Shown: positions 1-10,982 of the stretch, piece after piece
How positions within the stretch are numbered: the stretch's first letter is position 1
How the letters are laid out: each line of letters starts with the position of its first letter
Source: Chiloscyllium plagiosum
Taxonomy: Eukaryota
Reading direction: 5' to 3'
DNA length: 43,697 bases
Assembly (NCBI RefSeq): GCF_004010195.1
Contig: NC_057753.1
Span: forward strand, 11,491,179-11,534,875
Translations under genes and position numbers: made by a program
The notes under the pieces: generated by a model
Told to the model about the DNA's origin: nothing
Database searches by the model: none
What the model saw: the letters and a program-made list of their open reading frames with translations, nothing else

Positions 1-178
1 ACTCTCTGGATTCATTTAAGGAGGAGTTGGATAGAGCTCTCAAAGATAGTGGAATTAAGGGTTATGGAGATAAGGCAGGAACAGGATACTGATTAGGAAT
101 GATCAGCCATGATTATATTGAATGGCGGTGCAGGCTCGAAGGGCTGAATGGCCTACTCCTGCACCTATTGTCTATTAA
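1..178 (+). mobile_element. CR1 LINE 3' end
   Basis: Typical CR1 tail ending GGGCTGAATGGCCTACTCCTGCACCTATTGTCTATT; near-identical copy at 10838-10982. Confidence 0.8.
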
Positions 179-229
179 CTCAAGCCGCATTGACTTGGAG
201 GAGAGCGAAGGGAGTTTGCAAAGTGTCCT

Positions 230-370
230 CCCCTCCCCACGTGCCTCAGCTGCAGGGCAGCGCAGGCGCAGTGCTGGCCCGCTGTCAGCCGCGCCGCGCC
301 CCCCCCCCATTGTTGAGGTCACAGCCCGCTGGCAGCCCTGTCAGTTTCAGAGTGAAACTCCGCCCCCTCT
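230..370 (+). promoter_or_regulatory. GC-rich promoter/first-exon region of ZNF pseudogene 1
   Basis: CpG-rich; GCGCAGGCGCAGT at 260-272, same motif as upstream of ZNF gene 2; downstream sequence (TATTCCCTCAGTTTG...TTCCTCATGTTCAC) resembles 7523-7580. Confidence 0.5.
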
Positions 371-809
371 GGGCAACATCCGGGAGCAAAGCAACGTCTC
401 CCCCCTTTCTGCTCCCCATCCTGGGAGGGAGGGTGGAGACACTGCTCACTTGTTGCAACTGAAGTGCTCAGACCCTCTCTGTCCCTATTAAAGGAATTCT
501 CATTGTGTATTCCCTCAGTTTGGCACCTATACAGTTTGCAGCCCAGAAAAGGATTGCTACTTTCCTCATGTTCACAATTAAAGGGGTAGTTTCTCATGGA
601 ACTGAGCAGCATTTAAGGGATTGGCACATTGATGTAAAATGTAGACGCATGTTGTTTCTTATGGTGTATATCTGGTATTGTTGGCTGTTGTAAAAGCTTC
701 TTTGCAATTATTTTTCACCTTCTAATGTAGTAATGGAGTTACATCTGGTGTTTCTTGTCTTTTTTTTATTTAATAATACAGCAGGAAGTCATTCAGCAAC
801 TTTACTGAC

Positions 810-1077
810 TTTCTTTTCTCGAGCAGCCCTGACATTTCATTATCATGTCCCTGATTGAATTCCATTTCCAGCACCTTTGTAGGCAGCTTGTTCCAGGTCA
901 TTGTCACCTAAATGAAGTTTTCCTCCATACACACTTAAGGCGATTTCTTTTCTCGAGCAGCCCTGACATTTCATTATCATGTCCCTGATTCAGCTCCATT
1001 TCCAGCACCTTTGTAGGCAGCTTGTTCCAGGTCATTGTCACCTAAATGAAGTTTTCCTCCATACACACTTAAGGCGA
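810..1077. repeat. Two-copy tandem duplication, period 134 bp
   Basis: 810-943 repeated at 944-1077 with about 3 mismatches. Confidence 0.9.
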
Positions 1078-1516
1078 TCTGGCTGCATGAGGGTTTTCAG
1101 GTTTCTGTGTCCTGGATAGTAAGAGATCAGCAGGCATCTGGCAATCTACAGGAATTGTCACCAATGTTATGTAAATTTAACTGTACTGACAGTGATCACT
1201 TATTTTGTGATTTTTTTTCTGCAGAAAGAAATGCGGAATGAAATCTGAAAGCAAATGATACATCGACTTCTAACAGACTCACTTGATTCATTGGGACTTG
1301 AATATCAGCAGCCATTCAAGTAGAGAAGAAATGTTTGCTTTTGTCTGCTTGAGAGATTTTGGACACTGGTGTGGCAGGAAGAATACTGAGACACCCGAGT
1401 GAGGGAGATTCGGTGCGCTGACTGTGAAAAGTGCTTCAAACCATTTTCTCAGCTTGGGGGAATCAAGATCTCACCACTCACAGTGGGGAGAGACTGTGTC
1501 CCCGTTCTGTTTGTAA

Positions 1517-2250
<734 letters not shown>

Positions 2251-2289
2251 CACAGGGGGATTGAAGGAGCGATGGACGAGTGCCATTAT

Positions 2290-2570
2290 CGACTGGACTA
2301 TCAGCCCAGTTCTGGGGACAGTCCGGTTTGAATCCAGCTGTGACAGATGGCGGAATTGGAATTCGGACAGAGATGTGGAGTTCAGAATCTAATGATGAAA
2401 CCATGTTCAGGGGAAAAATTTCACCAAATTCTCTCTTGTCCTTTTTTGGGAAGGAAGCTGCCGTTGCAGGAAAGGATTCACTTGGTCGTCCCATCTGCAT
2501 CCTTTACCCAGTCTGGCCTACACGTGACTCCAGACCTACAGCAGTGTGGCTGACTCTTGACTGCCCCTCA
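2290..2570 (+). mobile_element. Degenerate tRNA-derived SINE (same family as 5703-6040)
   Basis: Shares TGGCCTACACGTGACTCCAGACC...TGTGG.TGACTCTT.ACTGCCC with 5703-6040. Confidence 0.65.
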
Positions 2571-2694
2571 CCCCACCATCACCACCGCAGTAAATGAGTG
2601 AGGAGAATCTTACTTGGAGACAGTGTGTAGGTTGAAATTGCTGAGTTTGGCAATACTTCCTAAGGGTTAAGGATGTACCAGGGATCTAATTACT

Positions 2695-3039
2695 CATTTC
2701 ACCAGTTTCCTCATTTCCCCTCCCCCCCCACCTTGTCTCAGTCAAATCCCTCGAACTCAGCACCGCCTTCCTAACCTGCAATCTTCTTCCTGACCTCTCC
2801 GCCCCCACCCCACTCTGACCTATCACCCTCACCTTGACCTCTTTCCACCTATCGCATTTCCAACGCCCCTTCCTCCAAGTCCCTCCTCCCTACCTTTTAT
2901 CTTAGCCTGCTGGACACACTTTCCTCATTCCTGAAGAAGGGCTTGTGCCCGCAACGTCGATTCTCCTGTTCCCTGGATGCTGCCTGGCAACACATTTTCG
3001 GCTCTGATCTCCAGCATCTGCAGACCTTACTTTCTCCTC
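2695..3039 (+). mobile_element. Penelope-like element 3' end / pLTR (family A), non-palindromic copy
   Basis: Pyrimidine-rich tract, then hammerhead-like CTGAAGA-A-GGGC-TTGT-GCCC-GCAACGTC at 2931-2958 (GAAA mutated), then the family-A terminus CATCTGCAGACCTTACTTTCTCC. Confidence 0.7.
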
Positions 3040-3435
3040 TAATTACAATGAGACAACTCAGCTGACCAACAGAAAAGCGTGTGGGGGTATGGGGGGAGTA
3101 TGTGCGCTTTGACCTTGAGCTGTTTTTTAAAAAAAAAGCTAGCTTTTGTACACCTTTTTGCTGGGAAAATGTGAAGCTGTAACAAAGTTGGGTCGGAATA
3201 AAGGTTACCTGAACTTACCGCCTGGCTCAGACTCTCATTGAAAGAGGTTTTTGTTTTAAAGCTGCTGATTTCTTTCAACCTCCAGCACTAAGTTTCCATT
3301 GTCATGTATCAGAAGGAGCAGTGAATTAATAGCCAGTATCATTAGAAATTGTAAATTTTTCAGGAATGCAGCTACTGCATTGTTTCATCAGCATTGTAAA
3401 GTTTACTGGAGGTGTGGGATGTGTTCACTAGAAAC

Positions 3436-3975
3436 AATGTGGAGGAGCCGGTGTTGGATTGGGGTGGACAAAGTTTAAAGATCACACAACATTATACTGC
3501 AACAGGTTTATTTGGAAGCACTAGCTTTCTGAGCGCTGCACCTTCATCGGCTAGCTGTGGAGCAAGATCATAAGATATAGAATTTACAGCAAAAGATCAC
3601 AGTGTCATGCAACTGAAATGATATATTGAACAAACCTGGATTGCAGTTCTGTCTTTCATCTTTTAGAATGGGTAGCAGGTTTCTGTTCATTAATATGTAA
3701 ATCCCAAAACTACTTTTTAGTCACGTTCTCAAGATAACTTATAAAAAGAGGTGACATCTCAGCTCAGACAATGCATGAAAGGTGTGAGATTAAAGTCTTT
3801 CTTTATCCCAATCTTGAATCAGACTGGTTCTACTTCCAAAGTAGGAATTTATAAAATGTTACATGGATTGACTGTGTGTTTTTTGAGCAAAATAGAATGT
3901 ATCTCCAAATATAATTCTGCAAATGCAAATTCACCTCATAGACTTGTATGGGCGTGTGCTTGCATGAGTGAGAGA
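3436..3975 (-). mobile_element. Penelope-like hammerhead-bearing element, family B (single arm)
   Basis: Reverse complement of the sequence at 15220-15688 and 40070-40660; degenerate core CCGATGA-AGGTGCAGCGCTCA-GAAAGCTA-GTG at about 3518-3551. Confidence 0.7.
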
Positions 3976-4194
3976 GATGGTGTGAACATCTGATTTGAAT
4001 AATAGTCACCTCCCATGAGAGCTTCATAAAAGACTTTCAAGATAGTTTCTTATAATTCTGCAAATGCAAATTCACCCCATAGACTTGTATGGGCGTGTGC
4101 TTGCATGAGTGAGAGAGAGATGGTGTGAACATCTGATTTGAATAATAGTCACCTCCCATGAGAGCTTCATAAAAGACTTTCAAGATAGTTTCTT
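3910..4194. repeat. Two-copy tandem duplication, about 141 bp
   Basis: 3910-4050 repeated at 4051-4194; differs by a GA unit and a SNP. Confidence 0.9.
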
Positions 4195-4549
4195 AGCACG
4201 TTCTGAAACTGACCAAGGATCCTGCCAGGCTTGGATAACATGGTAATGTTACAACATGGGGTAAACCTTTCTGCTAATTAAACCTGGCACACAGAAAAGC
4301 TCACCTCGCACCGTGATCTGTATAAGTATGACTGACAAAGAACTACTAAATCCCACCATTTAAAGAAAAAAATTCACAATTTATTCTTTAACTCCAAGAA
4401 AAAAAATTAAACAACTATCTACACTGTAATCTTCCTTTGTCTGATCGATTTATCTACCTCCCACTCTACAACACTAAACTGATCCGATTAAGTTTAAAAT
4501 TTGATTTTCTTGTTAAAACCAGTCAGCTGGGTCGATTCTTATCTGTATC

Positions 4550-4763
4550 GAGATGGAAATGTGTTGCTGGAAAAGCGCAGCAGGTCAGGCAGCATCTAGG
4601 GAACAGGAGAATCGACGTTTCGGGCATTAGCCCTTCTTCAGGAAAAGGGCTAAGGCCCGAAACGTCGATTCTCCTGTTCCCTGGATGCTGCCTGACCTGC
4701 TGCGCCTTTCCAGCAACACATTTCCATCTCTGATCTCCAGCATCTGCAGACCTCACTTTCTCC
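4550..4763. mobile_element. Family A fold-back hammerhead element
   Basis: About 85 bp inverted arms centred near 4640; perfect 13-bp TSD TCTTATCTGTATC at 4537-4549 and 4764-4776. Confidence 0.9.
4611..4645 (-). ncRNA. Minimal type-I hammerhead ribozyme motif
   Basis: Minus strand CUGAAGA-A-GGGC-UAAU-GCCC-GAAACGUC; intact core with palindromic ACGU stem III; stem I weak. Confidence 0.65.
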
Positions 4764-5702
4764 TCTTATCTGTATCTTCCTGGCTTCTTTTCTTCGGTCT
4801 TTCGCTTCACAGATTTCATAGGAAAACGTGCCTTTCAGAGATTGTCTCTGCAGGCCGTCTCTTTGTTGGTGCTCTTTGCTCTGGCTAACTGCCTGATTTT
4901 TATACCCCCAAAAGTCAGACTATCGCATTGGTTTGATGTGGTCAAAACAGAAATTCAAATTTGATTGGATTTTCATATCTTCAGGCATAACTTAAACTGA
5001 TTTTGGCCAAATTCAAATTTGTTGTGTCTCATAGCAACTCAGCTCAGCTATTTGTTTCACAGCCAAATATTACATTTTTAAATTTTTCAGCACACTCTGT
5101 GCCTTTCTAGGTCCGTGCCAGCTTTCAGTCTCTCTTAAAGATACAGTACACACCTACCCCTTCATAACAGTAGTCTGGTGTTCGCTCAAATTTCACGTCC
5201 TGTTTTCTCTGTCCTTCATTGATCTCCCTGTTCCCACAGGGTTAAGATGTCTGTTCTCAGCTATGCTAGATTTCTGCTTTGACCCACACCCCTCCCTTTA
5301 CACCTTCCAGATCAATAAAACATTCAGTCAATCAAAGCCCAACTCTCAATCTCCAAGCATGTCAATCATCTAGTCATTGTAGCAGGGAATACAAGTGAAA
5401 CAAGATTAGAAATAAATACATAGTTGGGGCTTGTGCTCCATTTTATGTTCATTAAGATGTAAACCAGAAACCAGGGTCTCCCAGGATTCTTATAGGGGAG
5501 GAATTCTCTCTCACCTCCATCTCACTTTTAGTACTGAGTTATGATTTATAACAATATTTACATCAACAGAAATAAAGCATCTGTTAACTGTTCCAATCAA
5601 ATACTATTTGTTAAGATGAAATAGTTCATAAAATAAGCAATTTCTACACAGTGCCCAGCATTGCTTCCACAGTTAAAATGCTTTTTAACAGCCCATTATT
5701 AT

Positions 5703-6040
5703 GGAGAGACGATGGCCTGGAGGTATTATCGCTGGACTGTTAATCCAGATACCCAGGTAATGTTCTGGGGACCCGGGTTTGAAAACTGCCACGGCAGATG
5801 GGGAATTTAGATTTAATATATGCTGACCATTAATCCATTTTCGATTGTCGGAAAAACCCATCTGGTTCACTCATGTCCTGGAGGGAAGGAAGCTGTCGTC
5901 CTTGCCTGGTATGGCCTACACGTGACTCCAGACCCACAGAAATGTGGTTGACTCTTAACTGCCCTCTGGGCAATTAGGGATGGGGCAATAAATGCTGGCC
6001 TGGCCAGGGATGCCCTCACCCCATGAATAAATTTTAAAAA
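5703..6040 (+). mobile_element. tRNA-derived SINE with LINE-derived tail (SacSINE1-like by recall)
   Basis: tRNA-like head with a B-box-like GGTTTGAAAAC; tail GCAATTAGGGATGGGGCAATAAATGCTGGCC...CCCATGAATAAAT plus A-run; tail shared with 28850-29085. Confidence 0.7.
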
Positions 6041-6203
6041 AACATTGTCTTCCCAGGATACAGGACATTTGCTGCTCTCACCTACCAAAACTATCCTGAA
6101 ACTAATTGCACTGATACTCTGGTTAAACAGGAAGATTATCATGGGAGCCATCTACACAAAAATCTCCATTTCATGTTCTTTGGGTCACCCAAGGATCGAA
6201 ATG

Positions 6204-6341
6204 ATTTGGAGGTGCTGGTGTTGGACTGGAGTGGGCAAAGTTAAAAATCACACAACATCAGGTTATAGTCCAACAGGTTTATTTGGAAGTCCTTCCAAAT
6301 AAACCTGTTGGACTATAACCTAGTGTTGTGTGATTTTTAAA
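6204..6341. mobile_element. Family B fold-back element (collapsed hairpin)
   Basis: About 50 bp near-perfect inverted arms meeting at GGAAG-TC-CTTCC (6285-6296); TSD CAAGGAT(C/A)GAAATG at 6190-6203 and 6342-6355. Confidence 0.85.
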
Positions 6342-6421
6342 CAAGGATAGAAATGCAAGGACATATTTCTCCAAACTTCGTGTTTGACTTGCCCTTGAAT
6401 TTAGAGTGTTCCATGATATAG

Positions 6422-6631
6422 GGGTTGGGAGTGTGATGCTGGAAAAGCACAGCAGGTCAGGCAGTATCCAAGACAGCAGGAGAATCGACGTTTCAGGCAT
6501 AAGCCCTGATGAAGGGCTTATGCCCGAAATGTTGATTCTTCTGTTCCTCGGATGCTGCCTGACCTGCTGTGCTTTTCCAGCATCACACTCCCAACTGTGA
6601 TCTCCAGCATCTGCAGTCCTTACTTTCTCCC
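6422..6631. mobile_element. Family A fold-back hammerhead element
   Basis: Inverted arms centred near 6509; perfect 15-bp TSD TGTTCCATGATATAG at 6407-6421 and 6632-6646. Confidence 0.9.
6506..6538 (+). ncRNA. Minimal hammerhead ribozyme motif
   Basis: CUGAUGA-A-GGGC-UUAU-GCCC-GAAAUGUU; the 5' strand of stem I is lost at the fold-back junction. Confidence 0.55.
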
Positions 6632-7171
6632 TGTTCCATGATATAGTATTTAATTATCATCCATCAAAAGCAGTGTCCAGTCTTGTCTGAGTGCAGAGCC
6701 AACTCAACTGACCCAACAAGCTGCATAACCCTTCTGTCTGTTCTTTAGATGTGACATCCTCTTTCTCTGTTGACCCAACCGGATGACTCTCTGGTACTCA
6801 TCCACATCTTTATACTGCTTAACCTAAGTATTTAAAAGCAGCTAGCCTGAGCTTCCACAAACAATGGGATGGTTGTGGCACACAAAAAAAGGGCACGTTC
6901 ACCCGTCATGTCTGTGTAAGGAATAAATTTCAACTAGAATTGTTCACAAAATAACAGCTACACAACTCTCTGTGTTTCCCCTGTCACAGATGCTGGACAG
7001 AGGAGCAAATTTCAGTGAATCTGGAACCATGTGCTTTGTTTGAACTAAAACTGCATGACTTGGAGGGAAATGAAAAGAAGGCATTTTGCTAAGTGTCCTG
7101 CCCACTGCCCACTGCACCAGGTTCGCGCAGCCGCAGTGCGGGCTTGCTGGCCAGCGCGAGCACGCGGTCTA

Positions 7172-7431
7172 GAGCAGGCGCAGTTCGGGCTCGCTGCCTC
7201 GGGCGGGCCTGATGTGCGGAGCAGGCGCAGTGCGTTCCCTCTGTCTAGCTCTTGCCCGCCGTCCGGAGCAGGCGCAGTGCGGACCCGCTGTCCGGAGCAG
7301 GCGCAGTGCGTCCCCTCTGTCTAGCTCTTGCCCGCCGTCCGGAGCAGGCGCAGTGCGTTCCCTCTGTCTAGCTCTTGCCCGCTGTCCGGAGCAGGCGCAG
7401 TGCGGACCCGCTGTCCGGAGCAGGCGCAGTG
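7172..7431 (+). repeat. CpG-rich minisatellite in the ZNF gene 2 promoter/5'UTR
   Basis: GAGCAGGCGCAGT core present 7 times; units start at 7218, 7265, 7294, 7341, 7388 and 7417 (47/29/47/47/29 bp). Confidence 0.9.
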
Positions 7432-7481
7432 TGAGCTGCCTGTCCAGCAGTGAATGCAGGAAGAGTGCCAGCTGTGCAAAG

Positions 7482-8146
7482 GTATGGTGTCCATCTCTTT
7501 CTCAGAGACATTGACATCCTCTTATTCTCTCAGTTTGAAATATTTGCTTGGCTTCAAAGGCTGACATTCCTCATGTTCACCGTTGCAATTTTACTTTGCA
7601 GAGGGAGACCCCGTTTGAGTGATACAAAACAGAGCCATGTCTTATGTGCTACGCTTCTGACTTTTGTTTGTGGTTCTCTCATCGTCATTTCCAATTATTT
7701 CTGGTCCCGTGAGGGGATTCAACAAATGTTGCACATATTTCCAGTAATGGAAAGTATTCAGCAAATCAACTGCTCACTAACCCAGCTGCCCCCATGTATC
7801 CTTCCCAACTCCCTCTATCCCTGCAATTCTATTTCTGCCAAATACCCATCCAGTTTAGTTTTGTTATCATTAATGATCTTTACTTCCGTCTTGCTCGCAG
7901 GCAGAGAATTCCAGAGAGTCCCAAACTGTTTCTCAAGCTAAGAAACAGTGTATAGTATGCAACATAGTTATTTAGAATTTGTCTTTCAGTTTGAATCAGC
8001 AGGAAGATTAGTTACAGCAGATATGGGATGGTGGTTTACAGAGTTTTGGCAGATATGAGAGAACAGATTGTTCTGTGGATTATTCTCTTTGCTCCAAATT
8101 CCTAACCAGGACTGACACAGATGACTTTTCTAATCTCCTTTTACAG
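7482..8146 (+). other. Probable 5'UTR intron of ZNF gene 2
   Basis: Donor AAG|GTATGG at 7481/7482; acceptor TTTTCTAATCTCCTTTTACAG ending at 8146 with a CTAAT branch point. Confidence 0.55.
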
Positions 8147-8387
8147 GCTACTGAGGGGGAGGATGATTTTGAAATGGAAATCTCAAACCAAACCGAACAT
8201 CAGTTCATCGGGAACTGAACGTGTGGGCCTTTGAGGGGAACCTCAGTTCTGTTTGCTTCAGACTGGTAAAAGCAACAAACACACACCTGAGTGACAGTTT
8301 CACAGTGATTTGACCGTGGGTAGAGGTTTACCCATTGGACGGGCGAAAGAAATCGCACCGAGCACATGTTCTAAGGGCACTCCCTCC

Positions 8388-9146
8388 ATGGAGAAACCGT
8401 GGAAATGTGGGGACTGCGGGAAAGTGTTCCCAACACCGTCCGCGCTGGAAACTCACCGGCGCAGTCACACGGGGGAGAGGCCGTTCACTTGCTCAGTGTG
8501 TGGGAAGGGATTCACACAGTCGAGCCACCTGCGATTGCACCAGCGGGTTCACACTGGAGAGAAGCCATTCACCTGCTCGGTGTGCGGGAACGCTTTCCGT
8601 GACTCGGGCAGCCTTCAGAAGCACCAGCGATTCCACACGCGGGAGAAGCCGTTCACCTGCTCTGTGTGCGGGAAGGGATTCGGTCAGTCGTCCAGTTTAC
8701 GCAGACACCAGAGCAGCCACACTGAGGACAGGCCTTACAAATGCTCTGACTGCGGGGCTGCTTTCAAGAGCTCCTGGGACTTGATGCTGCACCAGCGCAT
8801 CCACACTGAGGAGAGGCCATTCGGCTGCTCCCACTGCGCCAAGAGGTTTAAAACGTCGTCTGAGCAGCAGCGACATCAGCGGGTTCACACTGGGGAGCGG
8901 CCGTCTGTCTGTCCCGTCTGCGGGAAGGGCTTCGTTCAGTCCTCTGGCCTGCAGAGGCACCGGCGGGTCCACACCGGGGAGAGGCCGTTCATCTGCTCCG
9001 TCTGTGGGAAGGCCTTCACCCAGTCCACCAACCTGCGGACCCACCAGCGCATTCACACCGGGGAGAGGCCGTTCTCCTGCTCCGAGTGCGGGAAAGGATT
9101 CACTCAGCTGTCCAACATGGTGTCGCACCAGCGCGTTCACAAGTGA
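8388..9146 (+). CDS. Tandem C2H2 zinc-finger protein, 9 fingers, 252 aa, no effector domain
   Basis: ATG at 8388 ([12 protein letters not shown]); nine CxxC-x12-HxxxH repeats with TGE(R/K)PF-type linkers; TGA ends at 9146. Confidence 0.92.
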   Translation: MEKPWKCGDCGKVFPTPSALETHRRSHTGERPFTCSVCGKGFTQSSHLRLHQRVHTGEKPFTCSVCGNAFRDSGSLQKHQRFHTREKPFTCSVCGKGFGQSSSLRRHQSSHTEDRPYKCSDCGAAFKSSWDLMLHQRIHTEERPFGCSHCAKRFKTSSEQQRHQRVHTGERPSVCPVCGKGFVQSSGLQRHRRVHTGERPFICSVCGKAFTQSTNLRTHQRIHTGERPFSCSECGKGFTQLSNMVSHQRVHK

Positions 9147-9447
9147 TTGCGGGGTTGGGGGAGATGGAGGTTGGTTTGATTCTGCCTGAGAGCCACATCC
9201 GGGACTCGACCCTGCTCACTTTGACATTGGGAGAGGAGGGGGCGGAGGGTTCGGACAAGCCGCTCTCTCACCCACTTTACTTCCAGAGGGGGCTGACACT
9301 CTCTGAGTCTGGGACTGCACCTTCCCTATGGAAACGATCCGCAGGAACACAAGAAGGACATTTTGTATTGTGGATGGAGCATATTATTTGTCCGACCACT
9401 GCAGTTAGATCGGAAATAGACATATTTCCGGGAAATAGACATCTCTG

Positions 9448-10325
9448 GGAGAAAGTGAGGGCTGCAGATGCTGGAGATCAGAGCTGAAAAATGTGTTGCT
9501 GGAAAAGCGCAGCAGGTCAGGCAGCATCCAGGGAGCAGGAGAATCGACGTTTCGGGCATAAGCCCTTCTTCAGGAATGAGGAAAGTGTGTCCNNNNNNNN
9601 NNNNNNNNNNNNNNNNNNNNNNNNNNNNNNNNNNNNNNNNNNNNNNNNNNNNNNNNNNNNNNNNNNNNNNNNNNNNNNNNNNNNNNNNNNNNNNNNNNNN
9701 NNNNNNNNNNNNNNNNNNNNNNNNNNNNNNNNNNNNNNNNNNNNNNNNNNNNNNNNNNNNNNNNNNNNNNNNNNNNNNNNNNNNNNNNNNNNNNNNNNNN
9801 NNNNNNNNNNNNNNNNNNNNNNNNNNNNNNNNNNNNNNNNNNNNNNNNNNNNNNNNNNNNNNNNNNNNNNNNNNNNNNNNNNNNNNNNNNNNNNNNNNNN
9901 NNNNNNNNNNNNNNNNNNNNNNNNNNNNNNNNNNNNNNNNNNNNNNNNNNNNNNNNNNNNNNNNNNNNNNNNNNNNNNNNNNNNNNNNNNNNNNNNNNNN
10001 NNNNNNNNNNNNNNNNNNNNNNNNNNNNNNNNNNNNNNNNNNNNNNNNNNNNNNNNNNNNNNNNNNNNNNNNNNNNNNNNNNNNNNNNNNNNNNNNNNNN
10101 NNNNNNNNNNNNNNNNNNNNNNNNNNNNNNNNNNNNNNNNNNNNNNNNNNNNNNNNNNNNNNNNNNNNNNNNNNNNNNNNNNNNNNNNNNNNNNNNNNNN
10201 NNNNNNNNNNNNNNNNNNNNNNNNNNNNNNNNNNNNNNNNNNNNNNNNNNNNNNNNNNNNNNNNNNNNNNNNNNNNNNNNNNNNNNNNNNNNNNNCGCTT
10301 TTCCAGCAACACATTTTTAAGCTCT
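9448..10325. mobile_element. Family A element with inverted arms spanning an N gap
   Basis: Full 3' end on the minus strand at 9448-9592; inverted arm end CGCTTTTCCAGCAACACATTT at 10296-10318. Confidence 0.8.
9541..9578 (-). ncRNA. Minimal type-I hammerhead ribozyme motif (best-preserved family A copy)
   Basis: Minus strand CAUUC-CUGAAGA-A-GGGC-UUAU-GCCC-GAAACGUC|GAUUC. Confidence 0.7.
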
Positions 10326-10544
10326 ACATTTGTCTCTGTCCCATTGAGTCTCCAGCACAGGGCCAGGCCAGTCGGCTCAGTTGGCCTCTGTCGGTGTTTA
10401 CGCTACACCTGAGCCTCCCACCCCTTTTTATCTCCTCCCACCATCCGCATATCATATCCTTCTGTTCCTTTCTCACTCGTGTCTGTACCCAGCTCCCTCT
10501 TTAATTGGATTCCCCCCTTCAACTCCTTCCCCTCCGTCAGTGTA

Positions 10545-10830
10545 CAGCTATCCCCTGCTGTCCACTAGCCGAGCGTTCCTGTGAAACCTCTGGTAAGCCG
10601 AAATGGTGGAAAGCGAAGAAGCGATTACCATTAGTTCGCCTTTTCTCGCAAAAGCGAAAATCCTCTTCGGATTTCCTCTGGTTAGCAAAAACAGGTACCA
10701 GATTCTGGATTAGTGGTGCTGGAAGAGCACAGCAGTTCAGGCAGCATCCAAGGACAGGTACCAACCTACCAGCCTTTCGTACAAGGGAAGTGGGCGTAAA
10801 CCGAGCTTCCGCCAAGTGGGGGTGTGCCTG
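10545..10830. mobile_element. Degenerate Tigger/pogo-type MITE
   Basis: TA flanks at 10543-10544 and 10831-10832; imperfect TIRs CAGCTATCCCCTGCT / AGTGGGGGTGTGCCTG. Confidence 0.45.
10701..10753 (-). mobile_element. 53-bp family A-related fragment with its own TSD
   Basis: GTGCTGGAAGAGCACAGCAGTTCAGGCAGCATCC flanked by ACAGGTACCA at 10691-10700 and 10754-10763. Confidence 0.75.
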
Positions 10831-10837
10831 TATCTTG

Positions 10838-10982
10838 TAGAGCTCTCAAGGATAGTGGAATCAAGGGTTATGGAGATAAGGCAGGAACAGGATACTGATT
10901 AAGGATGATCAGCCATGATCACATTGAATGGTGGTGCGGGCTCGAAGGGCTGAATGGCCTACTCCTGCACCTATTGTCTATT
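10838..10982 (+). mobile_element. CR1 3' end
   Basis: Near-identical to 31-178. Confidence 0.8.

Larger units (their letters stand above)
4247..5169 (-). mobile_element. Solo LTR interrupted by a family-A palindrome
   Basis: TGTTA...TAACA inverted termini; near-TSD GTAA/GTAG; minus-strand CCAAT, TATAAAAA (about 4897-4904) and AATAAA (4380-4385) in LTR order. Confidence 0.65.

Noticed and set aside
4550..4763. Family A as a classical MITE or miRNA gene
   Set aside because: Asymmetric variable ends, copy-specific centres and variable 13-16 bp TSDs do not fit a cut-and-paste MITE; there is no evidence for miRNA processing
4437..4888. Recurrent peptides such as KCVAGKAQQVRQH and MPETSILL as a small-protein family
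   Set aside because: They are translations of the palindromic repeat on both strands, with inconsistent starts and stops
7172..7431. CRISPR-like repeat/spacer array
   Set aside because: The spacers are themselves repeated, the context is eukaryotic and there are no cas genes; it is a minisatellite
7450..7941. 163-aa hydrophobic ORF
   Set aside because: Non-ATG start, lies in the probable intron, and has no recognisable domain
8335..9140. Overlapping and antisense ORFs in ZNF genes
   Set aside because: Expected shadow frames of the 84-bp finger repeats
9326..10504. Long ORFs across N runs (also at 19383-20334, 21447-22294 and 38974-39707)
   Set aside because: Their length is an artefact of assembly gaps
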